Made by a program: the position numbers and the translations under genes
The notes under the pieces: model-generated
Databases searched by the model: none
What the model was told of the DNA's origin: nothing
Seen by the model: only the letters and a program-made list of their open reading frames with translations
In this document: piece by piece, positions 1 through 17,367 of the stretch
How positions within the stretch are numbered: position 1 is the stretch's first letter
How the letters are laid out: every line of letters begins with the position of its first letter
Origin: the human T2T-CHM13v2.0 reference genome, Homo sapiens
DNA length: 64,000 nucleotides
Assembly: GCF_009914755.1 (NCBI RefSeq)
Contig: NC_060931.1
Direction: 5' to 3' (one strand)

Positions 1-1600
1 GAAAGATGTTTCTAAGATTGCTAATTTATGCATGATAGATGAAAGTGTCATTTCAGTGAATGGTTTAGTTTGCTGCTCATCTCTTTCTAATACATCCTGG
101 CAGACACATGTATAAAGGCATTTCTGGGAGTACTCATTGTGTGCATGGTTCAGAACAGTATCAATCCAATGAATGAACATATTCAACTCTGTTGACTCCA
201 TCTAACACACTCTATTAAGATTCACGTGTAAAAGCTATTTGTAAGAGTACTACTTGTGTAAATGATTAAGAACAATGTTAATTCAATGGATAGATGTTTT
301 CATCACTCAACTGTATTTAATACACTCTGTGAAGACATGAGATGTTTCTAAGAATTCTATTTTATATATTATTCAGGACAATGTTATTTTGTGTGAATGG
401 AAGGTCTCTCCACTTTTATGTCATCTAATATACTCTGCTAGGCACATGTGCAAAATACATTTCTAAGACTGCTAGTTGCATGACTGATTCAGGACACTGT
501 TATTTCAGGGAATGAAATGCTCATCAATTCTGTATAAATGTGCTCTGTTAAGGCATATCCACAAACCATATTTCTAAGAATGCGAGTTGCACAAGTGATT
601 CAGCACACTTTGATTTCAATGTATTCACCACTCTTAAATCTTAAAATTTATTATATATGTTAAATCACATATATGAAAAGTACTCTCGTGAGTTCTAGTT
701 GCACATGTGATTCTGAAAGTGTTATTTCAATGAATGTGTTAATCACTCTTAACTCCACATAAAACACTTAGTAACACTCATATGTAAAGGACTTTACTAG
801 GAGTGTTGCATGTATGATTGAGAACAGCATTGCTTCAGTGAATGGGAATATTTACCATTTTTATATCGTAATATGCTCTTATGACAAATGTATAAAATAT
901 ATCTCTAAGAGTGTTAGTTGTATTCAATTGAGAATATTTTTATTTTATGGAAGTGTTCACTTTTATGTCTATCTAATACTCTTTTAAGATAAGTATACAA
1001 AAGATGTTTCTAAGTTTCTAGCTGTGTAGTGATTCAGAACAACAGGGTCACTGAAAAGAAGCGCTCAACACTCAAAACTCAATCTATTACATTCCATTAT
1101 GACACATGTAAACTTTCTTCTAGGAGTGCTGGTTGTGCACATGATTAAGAACTGTGTAATTTCAGCTTAAAGATGTGTTTGAGGCACTTAATACTACTGT
1201 GGTATGACACATGTACAAAATAAGTTTCTAACACAAGTCCTTGCCTGCATGACTCAAAATAATTTTTTTCATTGATTAGAAGCGTTCACCATTCTTAAGT
1301 TCATTTAATACATTCTTTTAAGACACACTTACCAGGACTGTTTCTAAGGGTATGAATTATATGCTTGATTTACAACAGTTTTATTTCAGTAAATAGAAGT
1401 GTTCATCACTCAAACTCCATCTAGTAGACTTAAAACACATATCTTAAACACGTGTCTAACTTGGTAAGTTGTGCAAGTAATTCAGAATGTGTGAATTCAG
1501 GGAAGGGATATTAACTACTCTTAGCTATTGTAATACATTCTGTTAGGACACATGTATCAAAGATGTTTCTAAGAGTGCTGGTGTGCAGCTTATCTAGAAA
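1..1600. repeat. Diverged ~111-bp tandem repeat array (satellite-like), about 14-15 units, open at left edge
   Basis: Anchor TTTCTAAG-like recurs at ~9,121,238,345,460,571,683,793,903,1007,1117,1225,1341,1453,1566, with shared internal motifs TGATTCAGAACA, TTTCAGTGAATG, TAATACACTCTG, GACACATGT. Confidence 0.9.
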
Positions 1601-1743
1601 AGTTTTATTTATTTATTGACTTATTTTTTTCTTTTTAGCATCAGGTTGGTGAAAATATTTTTTTATTTTAATTGACAGATAAATGCTTATTTTAATTGAC
1701 ATATATTTATTTATTTTTAATTGACAGGTAAAAATATTTATTT

Positions 1744-2050
<307 letters not shown>

Positions 2051-2064
2051 AAAAATATTTATTT

Positions 2065-2572
<508 letters not shown>

Positions 2573-2629
2573 GGCTGGGCAGGGCAACTCATGCCTGTAA
2601 TCCTTGCACTTTGGGAGGCCAAGGCAGCC
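2573..2629 (+). mobile_element. Alu 5' fragment (3'-truncated)
   Basis: ggctgggc...gcctgtaatccttgcactttgggaggccaaggc, then unrelated sequence. Confidence 0.8.
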
Positions 2630-2831
2630 AGTGAGGAATGACACATAGAGACATGCCAAGCCTCAGTCCTGTCCCAAGTTCTTGGTGCAGTCACTTGATG
2701 TCTACTCCTTTACCCTTTGGGGTAGCTGGAGTGTTGTTTTTTTTTTTCTTTCTTTCTTTTTTTTTTTTTTTGAATTTATCTTGCAACGGGCTTACAAAAC
2801 CTCTCTGAATTTACCTGATGTCTCTTTCTGA

Positions 2832-3126
2832 TTTTTTTTCTTTTTTTTTTTTGAGAAAAGGTCTCACTCTGTCACCCAGGCTGGAGTGCAATGGCACAAT
2901 CTCCACCTCCTGGGTTCAAGCGATTCTCTTGCCTCAGCCTCCCGAGTAGCTGGTATTACAGGCACACACGACCATACCCAGCTAATTTTTTGGCATTTTT
3001 TTTTTTGGTAGAGATGGAGTTTCACCGTGTTGGCCAGGCTGGTCTCAAACTCCTGACTTCAGGTGATCTGCCTGCCTTGGCCTCCCACAGTGCTAAGATT
3101 ACAGGCGGGAGCCACCACACCCTGCC
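2832..3126 (-). mobile_element. AluS with small internal deletion
   Basis: Antisense Alu; flanks tctttctgattt / tcttcctgattt. Confidence 0.92.
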
Positions 3127-4146
3127 CTCTTCCTGATTTAACAAGAGTTTTGCTCCTGTAATAGCAGGATCATCATATGGAGATGGTTTGGGACTTTGTT
3201 GTGTACATGCTGTTTCCTATTCTGTTACGGTTCCAGCATTCTGGGCTCAGCCTGATCCCTGGGCTCTTTTCTGCATCCACGCTCAACGTTGACCCCTTGC
3301 CTTCTTTTCAGCAGCATCTGACAGAAATAAAGGGCAAAGTGCCTGATGGCTGCCAGCCTGTCTCCTAAACAACCTCCACCCCGGTGCAGCCGGCTGCTCT
3401 CCTTCCCGTTACTTAGGCTCTCCATGCCTGCCTGCTTCCCAGGGCGTGCTGCGAGTTTTGCATGTTACAGTGTGCAAAGTGACAGTATCATCAAAACTAC
3501 CCACAGGCTTCCTCAGGACAGGCCTAAGTTCTACCAAAGCACTCTCAAGGTGGCCTGACGGAAGGGCAACTGAAGTCACTGGCCACACTGCCCCAGCTGC
3601 ACGTCCTCACGTGGTCGCTCCGCCAATTCTCACACAGTGAGTTCGCAGTCCGCTCGCTCTGTGCCATTTGGATGGAAGATGCCATTCGTCTCCCCCTGCT
3701 TCAGGGCAAGACATGGTATCACCTAGTCAGAGGGAACATTGTCCCCATCATACAAACAGACCTCCACACCCTTTGCTCTGTTCTCTCCAAAGAGCTTCCT
3801 CGCCTGAGCTACAGAAGAAACAGCCCATAGGCACCCTGCAAAAGCTGCCACTTTGCTCTTGCAGGAAAGATGGAAGCGTTTCAGAACGCTTTCAGCGCCT
3901 TTCAACTGTGTTGTACTCACTGACTACGGACTGAATTTGCATCTTTACTCTTTTACTTTTATGTTCTTATTTATATATCTCACCTTTCACCTTAGTTCAG
4001 AAAAGAATTGAGGTGAGGTGTATAAATTAACACATATAGTCATTAGGCGGCACAGTTTCCAAGAACTTATTTTCTAAGATAAAATAAAAATAGGAGTAAA
4101 AGTGGGATTAAAAAAAGGAGAGCAAGACAATAGAATTGAATGCTTA

Positions 4147-4454
<308 letters not shown>

Positions 4455-6736
4455 TTAACAGGGGCTGTTTCTGTGAGTGGGCCACAAATGCTTGGTTCTC
4501 GTCTTCCAGAAAATATCTGTTTTTTTTTTTTGTTTGGTGCAAAAAGGGAAGCAATCAGCTATAGGATTCCAGGAATTACAAAATGAAAACTGTGGCTGAT
4601 TCTGACCCTGAGACCTGGGAGGATGCCTTCTCTGGGCCCTCGTGAGAGGATGCTGTGCAAACTCATGGATGCCTTCTGCCTCTGTGCATGTATTCATTAC
4701 AGATTTATTGATTTACAGTCTTTTTTTCCTTATCTGAAAATAATAGAATGAGAATAATAAGGCAAGAGGGTTTTCTTTCCTCTGGGTTCTGCATAATCCT
4801 CTGTATCTTCTTTTAAACGCTTTGTTCTTCAGGTTGAGTATTCTTTTTACACTTCTGCTAATATTGTCCACATTCAAGTCTAGACAGCAAATGCATTGGC
4901 TTTTGATCAGATTTTCAGAATTTATGCTGTATAAGCAAGACGTTCTTTTATTTTTAATAAATGTGGGTATTTTCTCATATATTATTTCAGGAAAATATGG
5001 TGTAAAGTGAACACAATGGAACCAAAGAGATAAAATATGCATCTAAGAATGTGAATATTCAATTTGGATCTGTGCGCATTCTAATCTTTAGTTAAGTGGA
5101 TTCTTTAAGAATGTTGCCATTTCTGAAACATCAGTTCCATCCTCTCTCCCATTTCCTTTGGGTTAACTCACCCCAGGCATCATGAACTATATGGACAATT
5201 ACCACCTGGAATGGGGCTATGCTGTTCACAGCAGGTTACAGAAAACAGATAATGAATAATTTAAGTAATTCATTATTTAAAGATTATTAGTACATATCAT
5301 TTGGAATAATTTTCTTTTACTTTTCATTACTTAAGCTCATTATTTTTTAGCTTTCAGAGTTAAGCAGGTCCAGTACAATGTTTACTAAGGGTGAAAAATC
5401 ACTTCAGTTCTCAATATGTTTACCTACTCAAATAAAAAGCATACTAATCTTTTTTAAAGTCATGTCTGATTAACAGCATCCTTATGAAGATCCACAGCCT
5501 GGGGGCAGCCATCAGCCACTGATGCACACAAGTCCACCAGAACTTCTTCACCCCCTCAGACCTTCCATCCTGGTGTTTTGGAAAAGATATTTTTGTTGAA
5601 CAAGTGATTATTTCTGAGCAAAACACTTTTGAAAACATAACCATGATATTTTCCATGTTGAAGCTGCTTTTCCAGGATTTCTGTGGGTCAGCAGTGACAC
5701 CCAGTGGCTAGAGACACTTGCAGGCTACAGAAATGTCTCCTGTATCCCATGGTAGTGAAGGAAATTGTAGGAAGAAGCATCTTTGGGGCCCAGGTGTTGG
5801 AAACTACTCCATGGGGAGGAAGGTGTAAATGCAGGATGGACAGAAATGGGTGGAGGCAGCATCCGGACGTTCTGACCTGATGCCACCACTCCATTGGCCT
5901 ACACCAGGGTGATCCAGGAAACAAAAGATCTTTCTGGTACCACATGGTATCAGAGGGGAGAGAGGTACCAGTGCTACGACAGGGCCTATCGCAGTGACAA
6001 CTACCCCAGCTGGATCCAGAGAGCGTGGGCCCATTGAATGATGCTTGTGAAGTAGAGGACAAATCAGACATGAGACAGATCACCGAGGCACCCTTTCCTT
6101 TTGCGGATGCAAGCAAGGCAAAGTCACTTTGCATGATGCACACGCAATTTCAGCCAACAATTTTGTAACTTGAACAGAAACGTGGGTCACTTACCTCTTA
6201 GGCCATTATTTTTGATGTCATCATTTTATAACATCAAAACACATGGTGATACATTTTGACAGACTGCATAGCAGTGTCTGGAAAGCAGTAAGAATATGCT
6301 TCTGGTCTCTATAGGATTTAAAACTAATATTAAATTTCTTAACATTGAGAATTAGTGCAGTTCCATATATTGAAACAAGTTGGAGATAAAATCAAGTGCC
6401 AGGGGCGACTTGCTCCTATACTGAAATGAGGTGGAGGCTGCGGATACGGGGCAAATCTAGGGATGTTCTGGAAGTTCTCAAATGCTAGTGCCTTGTTCAA
6501 TGATAAGCTGTTCTTTCTGAAGGCAAACTGTACTCCTGACTCAGCATCAGCAACTTAAGGCTGATTTTTTCAATTGGTAGGACAAATTTGCCCCACCACC
6601 CTCTCCTTAATTCTCAAAAGATGCTTTGTTTTTTAATTTGTAAAAAGCAAGGCATTTACAGAGAGACCATTAAACTTGGACCTAGATAATATGGGTGTGA
6701 ATGTGAATTCTACTGCCTATTAACTGTATAAGCTCA

Positions 6737-7090
<354 letters not shown>

Positions 7091-7444
7091 TTAAAACAAT
7101 ATTGCTATTTATCTCAGAGAGTGATTATAAAACTAATGATATAAGCTAGTTCTAAGTGCCCATCATTTGATAAGAAATTATTTGTTTCCTCATATTTTAT
7201 TATGAAACTGTTCAAACATGTAGAAAAGTATAAAGCATTTCCCAGTGAACTTTCATATATCCCCCATCTCAATTGTACAATTAAGGTTTCACTATACTTT
7301 ATTAATTACCCCCCCATCTATCATTCCTCCACCGCTTCATCAACCCATCCGATTATTTTTGATGCATTTCAAAGATACAAACACCAATTTATTTCCACAT
7401 GTCATTAACTTGACTTCAGTGTTTGTTTATGGTTTTTTTTTTTT

Positions 7445-7690
7445 TTTTTAATTTGGGGGATAATGTTCACATACAATGAAGTGCACAAATCTTAAGTAAG
7501 CCATTAAATAAGTGGATTTCAATAAATGCTCACACCCTGCTACCCAAGCCTGGTTACGATAAAGACATTACTGTCACCCCAAGAAAACTCTCTCAGGATC
7601 CCTTCAGATAAATTCCTGACCCTCACCCAAGATGCAACTACTGCTCTGATTCTTTTTATTGTACATTTGTTTTGTTCCTATCTAAAGCTG
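7445..7690 (-). mobile_element. Old L1 (L1ME/MD-type) 3' fragment
   Basis: tacaatgaagtgcacaaatcttaag...gcaactactgctctgatt resembles the antisense L1M 3' UTR. Confidence 0.6.
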
Positions 7691-8009
7691 ATCCAAAGGG
7701 AGCCAGAAACTACATGACTGGAGACCTCACCTCAAGGAAATTCTCATATATTAACCAACAAGTCAATCCCCAAATAGGCGCCGTCTTCATTGTTGGTGGC
7801 ATCTTGGTTTCTAGGAAGAATTGTATCTGTAAGCTGACAAATGTATTTGCATGCGCAATCCAAGCTCCCCTCAAGACGCAGAATGTTACCACTAACTCCA
7901 GAATTATTTTTGCATCGACAAAGAAATGTTCTACCAGCAGGTGGCAGTAGTAACCCATCGCATCGCTGGGAGCCCTTTACTGGGATCCACCAGCTTTACG
8001 ATTACATAA

Positions 8010-8232
8010 TAGATGGTCCCCAGTTTAGGACGGTTGGACTTAAGATTTTTTTACTTCAGGATGGTACAAAAACATAAACATTCTGTACGCCTCTTAACTT
8101 AGAATGGGGTTCAGGTAAACCCATCGTAAGTTGAAAATATTGTAAGTCCAAAAATATACTTTCAATTTGCAATATTTTCAGTGAAAATGAATTTATCTAG
8201 ACGTAACCCCAGGGTAAGTCGACAAGCATCTG
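8010..8232 (-). mobile_element. Tigger5/MER47-type short DNA transposon
   Basis: Ends tagatggtcccc.. and ..gtaagtcgacaagcatctg followed by TA; internal aaacccatcgtaagttgaaaatattgtaagt. Confidence 0.75.
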
Positions 8233-8738
8233 TATTAATTTTGGATTCCATATTCACAAAAGCACACTTTTTTTTAACAAAGATTCAAACAACCAAGAGT
8301 GCTGATTTTTAGGGATATAATTTCTCAACAGGTAAATGAGTTGGATACTAGAGAAATGCACCAAGGAGGCTGATTGATGCATGAGAGCTTCCAGGTGTGT
8401 TTGGTCAGCTGCAGCTGGGGGAGCAGAACACACTGTGGGTGACACACATCTGAGGGCTAACAACAGCTGCCAATTACAGAATCAACTCCTGAATACTGGC
8501 AATATTTAGCATGGCTGAAAGACAAGACCTTCCCTGAAACTTCACAAAGTAACCATGAGATGGTGGTTCACTCACTACCTGTCCATCCTGTCTCTCTGAT
8601 TTGAGTGCACACAGGATGCCAAGAGGGCGCAACACTTGCATGTAGACTGGGGAGGCAACAGTGACAGGATCTACATAGAAACATTGAGGAATCATTCAGA
8701 GCAGCCAGGGAGAAGCTGGGGGATGGGGGCGGTTCTAA

Positions 8739-8998
<260 letters not shown>

Positions 8999-10850
8999 AC
9001 TCATATTTTTTAATAAAGTGTGTAACGTCCTGGGAGCCGAGAAACGGTCATGTCAGTAACCCCCGGCATAACTGCAGAGGAGAGAACTAGAAGAACAAGA
9101 ACAAAAACTGCAGGAGGCAAAGAGCTAGAAGCACCGCTTGAAAAGGCTTCCAGGGCTGGGAGACCTTCAGCAGCGTGGTGACGGCTTTTTCCAGCACTGC
9201 ATTTCCTTTCACTGAAATGTTTAAGGCAAAGGCAAACAACTGCACTTGGGGAATGTTAAGGAGGAAAATGTATGTGTCAGCCGATGTTAGAACAGATCCA
9301 TGCTTTGAAAACTGGGAGGTGCACCACATGTGGAATATGCCATAACTGAGGAATAAAAAGATGATTTTAGGAGATGCTTAGACATACATCAAATAAAATA
9401 CCTAACAAGTTAATTCTGAGAAGCCAGTGATGGGCCCTGTGACACATATGGTCATTAGGTGAGATCTTGGTCCCCATACCACAGCTACTGCCCATAGCCA
9501 AGATTCTTCTGGCTACAAAGGGACCATTCCTGCAGTTAATGCATTCCCCAACTTGCCCAACCTACCTAAGCATTTCCCACATTGCAAGGCCCACCTAAAG
9601 CCACGCACACAAGCCAGTCCTTACAAAAGGCCCCCTGGCGTCCCCCATATGGAGATGCTCCAAGCTTCACCCATGATGTGCACCCTGGAACAGCAAGTTA
9701 AATCAACTCTCCTGGTGAGCACAGGCAGGCTGGTGTCTTTCTTGTGATGGGATTCACCAGGCCCCTTGTTCCTCGGCTTGATCTTTGATGATGCCAAAGA
9801 GAAAGACTTGGTTTAGTGGGAACGGGTGTCCCCACCTCTCCAGCCATCCCTCTCCAGGGCACAGAGAGCCACCTCGGGCTCCTGACTCCAAGGCAACAAC
9901 CATAACTGAGGAGAATGGTCAACAACACTTGGTCATTGAAACATGTAGGTTCACACCTCACAGATTGTTTATTTATGACAAGCAATGATGGATTCACATT
10001 CATAGTAGTGCTAAAATCTTTCTTATCAAATAAATAATTTAAGTAAAAAGTGTGCATCTATTTAAAGAATATCAACAAAAATTAGCATAAGCAATATTCA
10101 GATATGGCAGAAACATGAAGGGAATATATGAATGACAGAAAGTTGAAGAAATACTGAATTAAATGAACTCTTCAATTAGTTTTTTAAATATATGGTCAAT
10201 ATTTTAAAGAAATAAACAGATAACAATAACCTAGGACTCTTCTAATCAACTTTGATTTTAAGTCAGTCCACTTGTTATTTATTTTTCTCCTTTTTTTTGA
10301 AAACCACTATATATAGATATATTTTTTTTCCTTGTTTGCAAAATGCATCATATGATGAAGTGTTACTTGTTGGAGTGTTCTTGCTCAGCCTCTCTTTAGA
10401 GAGGAAGCCCACTGGAATAGAAGGCCATTAAAATTACCTTACTCATCCAAAGTTATACAGGTGGGTCTTGGGTGATACACTGGATATCTCAGCACGTAAG
10501 TCCCTTTTCACTGATATATAAAAAGTTCATGATTTGCAACAAGAATTAAGTTTACTTTAACATATTCCATAATGCTAAAATCACTTTGATTCCTGAGGCT
10601 GACAAGAAGCACATACTAAAGAGTTCCCATGATGAAACACCTGTCTAGTCCTTAAATAATAATTTAAATGAACAGAGTGGTTAAAGGACCCATTTGCCTT
10701 CACCAAACACTTTCAAGTCAGACAGTTCACTCATGAAGACAATGAACAAAAGAATTCCAGGGTAGATAAATGAATATATCAGGTTGAGATCAGAAATCTT
10801 TGTAAATGTGTGTGTATGTGTGTTCACTTTGGCTACAGTAAAATATTGTA

Positions 10851-11155
<305 letters not shown>

Positions 11156-11519
11156 AAAATCTTTGTAAGTGTGTGTTTGCGCACGTTCACGCCTTCACTT
11201 TGACTAAAGTAAAATGTGGTAGAAAATATCTCTCACCCTTATTTCAATGGCAGCACAGTGTTCATTCCTCAGAAAAGCTGGTTGGGTTTACTGTTCTCTC
11301 CTAGGAAAGGGATCTGATGTGAGCTGAGTGCTGATTCTCACCGCAGGTGTCACCTCACCTAACGTTGCCCTGATGCCCCCGCTTAGCAGGGAGGTGAACT
11401 GACCCCTGTGAGCAGAAGGAGACGCTAAGGCCAAGGAGGCTCAGTAACCTACCTGAGGCCACTCCACCTGCCATTGGCCCCATGACCTCCCTGGCTCCAG
11501 ACACAGCACAGTGTGTGAC

Positions 11520-11650
11520 ACTGGCCATTGTCCCCCTTCACAGATGGGAAAACTCAGGCTTAGAGGAGAACAGCTTTCCTAAAACCACATAGCAGAAGTG
11601 CTGAGACGGGAATGGAGGACACTTGACATCAACTCCCATTCTCATACTGT
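11520..11650 (-). mobile_element. MIR fragment
   Basis: cacagatgggaaaactcaggcttagag matches the MIR core. Confidence 0.6.
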
Positions 11651-12721
11651 GTTTCCCGCTAGGTTACCATCCTTAAATGTACTCTTCTCCATTTCCTCCT
11701 TTTAATGTAGTATTTCTCATGTATGAAACATTCTACTACTAACACGCTCATGAATTGATCTCATTTGTGGGAGTCATTTGTCATAAATGCCCAAATTCCT
11801 TTCTTTCCTGCTTAAAGTTTCTTGACACCTGTAGCTCCTCTCCCTTTTCTTCAGTCTTAGAAGTGGCCCTCCTTATCAGCCCAACTCCTCCTCATCAGCC
11901 CAATACCTTTGCTTCCACATTTGACCCTGTCCAGCCCCTCTCCTGGAATCACAGCCTCCTGTTGGCACCACCCTCCACTCTCGCCACTATTGCTGCTCCT
12001 CTGCTCCCCTGTGTCCCAGTCTCTCCGCATTTCTGCCTTGGCGAAGCCCACCAAGCCCGCCTCCTCTTCCTGGGCACAGAGGCAGGCTACATTCGGCCTG
12101 TCCTTGCACCCAGGGGCCGTCAGGGAGCCCTGTATCCAGTCGTCAATGAGCAGAATGCTGTGTCCCTTCAGGACCTGGCCGGGAGGGATGACCATGCCCC
12201 CTCACTCTCCCCTTTCTTTCCTGGGCTGCACTGCAAGCTCCTCCTGAAGGGTGGAGCTCTGGGGAGGGAGCCATTGGGCTGGGGGACGATTCTGCCCATT
12301 AACCCACTCTGAGTAGTGGAGGGCACCTCTACTTGTACCTTTCTCCTCTTTTCCCTTCCTATTGCCTCTTTTCTCATGCCATAGAAATTTGTCAGCACTT
12401 TTTTCGTTCTCAGGTCCTCATTTTCCTCCCGAGTTTCTAACTCATTTTCTCCATTGCTACAGTGAAGAAAAAAAAGTGTTAGGAAGTAACCCCTACTGCC
12501 TACTTATTTCTATATGTCCATTCTTTAATTTTTCGCTATCTGACTTCCATCTAACCCCTTGACGGAAATCCTGACAATTGCACTTTCAAAGGTCTTTGAT
12601 GAGCCAAGATTGTCTTCCAACTGCTGGTCTTCCTGGACAATATTGACCAACATTCTCCTGAAACGCACAAGGTTTCTCAAACTTTACTGGCTCTTGATCA
12701 TCTTCCTCTCTTAATTACAGA

Positions 12722-12789
12722 TCTCTCTCTCTCTCTCTCTCTCCTCTCTCTCCTCTCTCCTCTCTCCTCTCTCCCCTCTCTCTCTCCCC
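12722..12789. repeat. (CT)n / CTC-rich polypyrimidine microsatellite
   Basis: Directly visible. Confidence 0.95.
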
Positions 12790-12819
12790 ACCCCTACTAG
12801 TTTCAGCTTTGATTTCAAA

Positions 12820-12960
12820 CATACAGAATTCAAACCCTGGACCCACTAGAATTTGTTTGACCTCAAGCAAGGTACTTAAATTCTCTGAGCTTCTGCATCC
12901 TCACCTGTAAACTGGGAAGGATAAGGAAATAATTATAAAGAGTTAAATGAGAAAAGAACC
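12820..12960 (+). mobile_element. MIR fragment
   Basis: gacctcaagcaaggtacttaaattctctgagcttctgcatcctcacctgtaaa. Confidence 0.7.
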
Positions 12961-13759
12961 AAAATTAACCAGAGTAAGTGTTTTTAATTTCTTGCCCTTC
13001 CTTTCCATTTTCACCTCCATACCCCATATAGATTCCATCATAGTGAGCCCTCAGCAAACATTTGAACTCACATAAAAGGAGGAGTCATGCACACTAACCA
13101 GCTTCAGTCATGACCAGCGAAGTGAGCTAACGTGGAGGGTACAAAAGACCACTGGAGAAGCAGTTTCTCACCAGGCGAATTCCTTGCAGACCTCTCATCC
13201 CTGGCCCTTTTCCCTTTGGGACATCACTCACCTCTCATTCCAGTCTCTAACACCCTGGGACAGTGTCTTCAAACCCATGTGTCAGCAGGCAGTGGAATCC
13301 ACAGATATGAGAGGTTAAAATGTGAGTGTCAGGGCTAAGGAGGGAGCATATTTTTGTGCTGCTTGAAAAAAAAACATTTTTAATAAGCATTTCACTCTTC
13401 TATATATGGTCTAAAGTTAACAACAGTATGTTCAATTCAGAATTTTTAAGTCATATTCCTTTGATGCAGAGTTTATATCCCTATGTTTAAACCACTTGTA
13501 TGAATAGCTTTGATATTCTGTTCTGGCTCATAGCATATTCTTGGAATTAAGACAGTATTGTGAATTCTTAGAAATCATAACTACAAAAGCTCATTTTGGA
13601 AGGAGAAATTACTCATTCCAAGATCCAAGTTTCATGTTTAGTATATCTCAAAACTTGATGTTTAGGAGTGTTTTTAAAACAAGGAAAGAGCTATAAATTT
13701 CCAATAAATGTCAAATTCTTCATTGAAGGTGAACTTCACAATCTTTAAAACCCTTTCTA

Positions 13760-16290
<2,531 letters not shown>

Positions 16291-16515
16291 AAATCCTGCT
16301 AAGTTCATCACACAATAGAAGTAAAAGCACCCTGGGGCACTAAAAAAACTAATTATTAACTGCTTTATTGATACTTAAAACATACACCATAGACTGCTGA
16401 TTTAAAGTGTACAGTTCAGTGGTCTTTAGTATATCCTGAGTTGTACAACCTATCTAATTTTAGAACGTTTCATTCGCTGCACAGTGAGACCCCGTAAACA
16501 TCAGCTTTCACTCTC

Positions 16516-17367
16516 TGTTATGGGTTGAATTACATCTTTCTAAAATTTACATGTGGCAATCCTAAATCCCAGTAAATTAGATTGTGACCTTATTTGGAAA
16601 TATGGTCTGATATAGTTTGGATGTTGCCCTGCCCAAATCTCATGTTAAAATGTAATCTCCAGTGTTGGAGATGCGGCCTGGTGAGAGGTGACTGGGTCAT
16701 GGGGGTGGATTTCTCATGAACATTTTGCACCATCCCCTCAGTGCTGCCCTCAGAATAGTGAGTGAATTCTCGGAGACCTGGTTTTTTAAAACTTTGCGGC
16801 ACTCTCTCTCGCTTTCTTGTTCCTGCTTTCATCATGTGACATGCCTGTTCCCCCTTTGCCTTGTGCCATGATTGGAGGCTTTCTGAGGCCTTCCCAGAAG
16901 CAGATGTCCCTATGCTCCCTGTATGGCCTGCAGAGCCATGAGCCTATTAAACTTCTTTTCTTATAAATTATCCAGCCTTGGGTATTTCTTTACAGCAATG
17001 TAAGAATGGACTAATTCAGGACCACTGCTGTTGTAATTAGCTAAGATGAGGTCATTAGAGTGGCCCTAATCCAATATGACTGGTGACCTTATACAAAGGG
17101 GAAATTTCGACACAGACACATACAAGAAGACTGTGTGAAGATGAAAGCGGAGACGGGAGCAATGAATGCCAGAGATTGTCAGCAACCACCAGAAGCTAGG
17201 AGAGAGGTGTGGAACAGATTCTCCCTCACAGCTCTCAGAAGGAATCAATTCTGCCCACAGCTCGGTCTCAGACTTCCAGGCTTCAGAACTTGGGGATGAT
17301 AAATTTCTGTTGTTTAAACCACTCAGTTTGTGAAACTTCATTATGGCAGCCCTAGCAAACTAATATA
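16516..17367 (+). mobile_element. MLT1B/C-type MaLR LTR, split by an MST
   Basis: tgttatgggttgaat start; ..gcagccctagcaaactaatata end. Confidence 0.85.
16608..17018 (+). mobile_element. MSTA/B-type MaLR LTR
   Basis: tgatatagtttggatgt...aaatctcatgttaaaatgtaat start; ..gaatggactaattca end. Confidence 0.88.

Noticed and set aside
1-1600. Array interpreted as CRISPR, C/D snoRNA cluster or zinc-finger coding repeat
   Set aside because: Eukaryotic DNA with no constant repeat and unique spacer; no consistent RTGATGA/CTGA box pair; period is not 84 and frame is not kept
9070-9180. Coiled-coil-like peptide RELEEQEQKLQEAKS
   Set aside because: Short, purine-rich, stops in frame, no splice sites; insufficient to call a pseudogene
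11755-12312. 185-aa ORF with overlapping ORFs
   Set aside because: Non-ATG start, C-rich, no recognisable domain or supported splice structure
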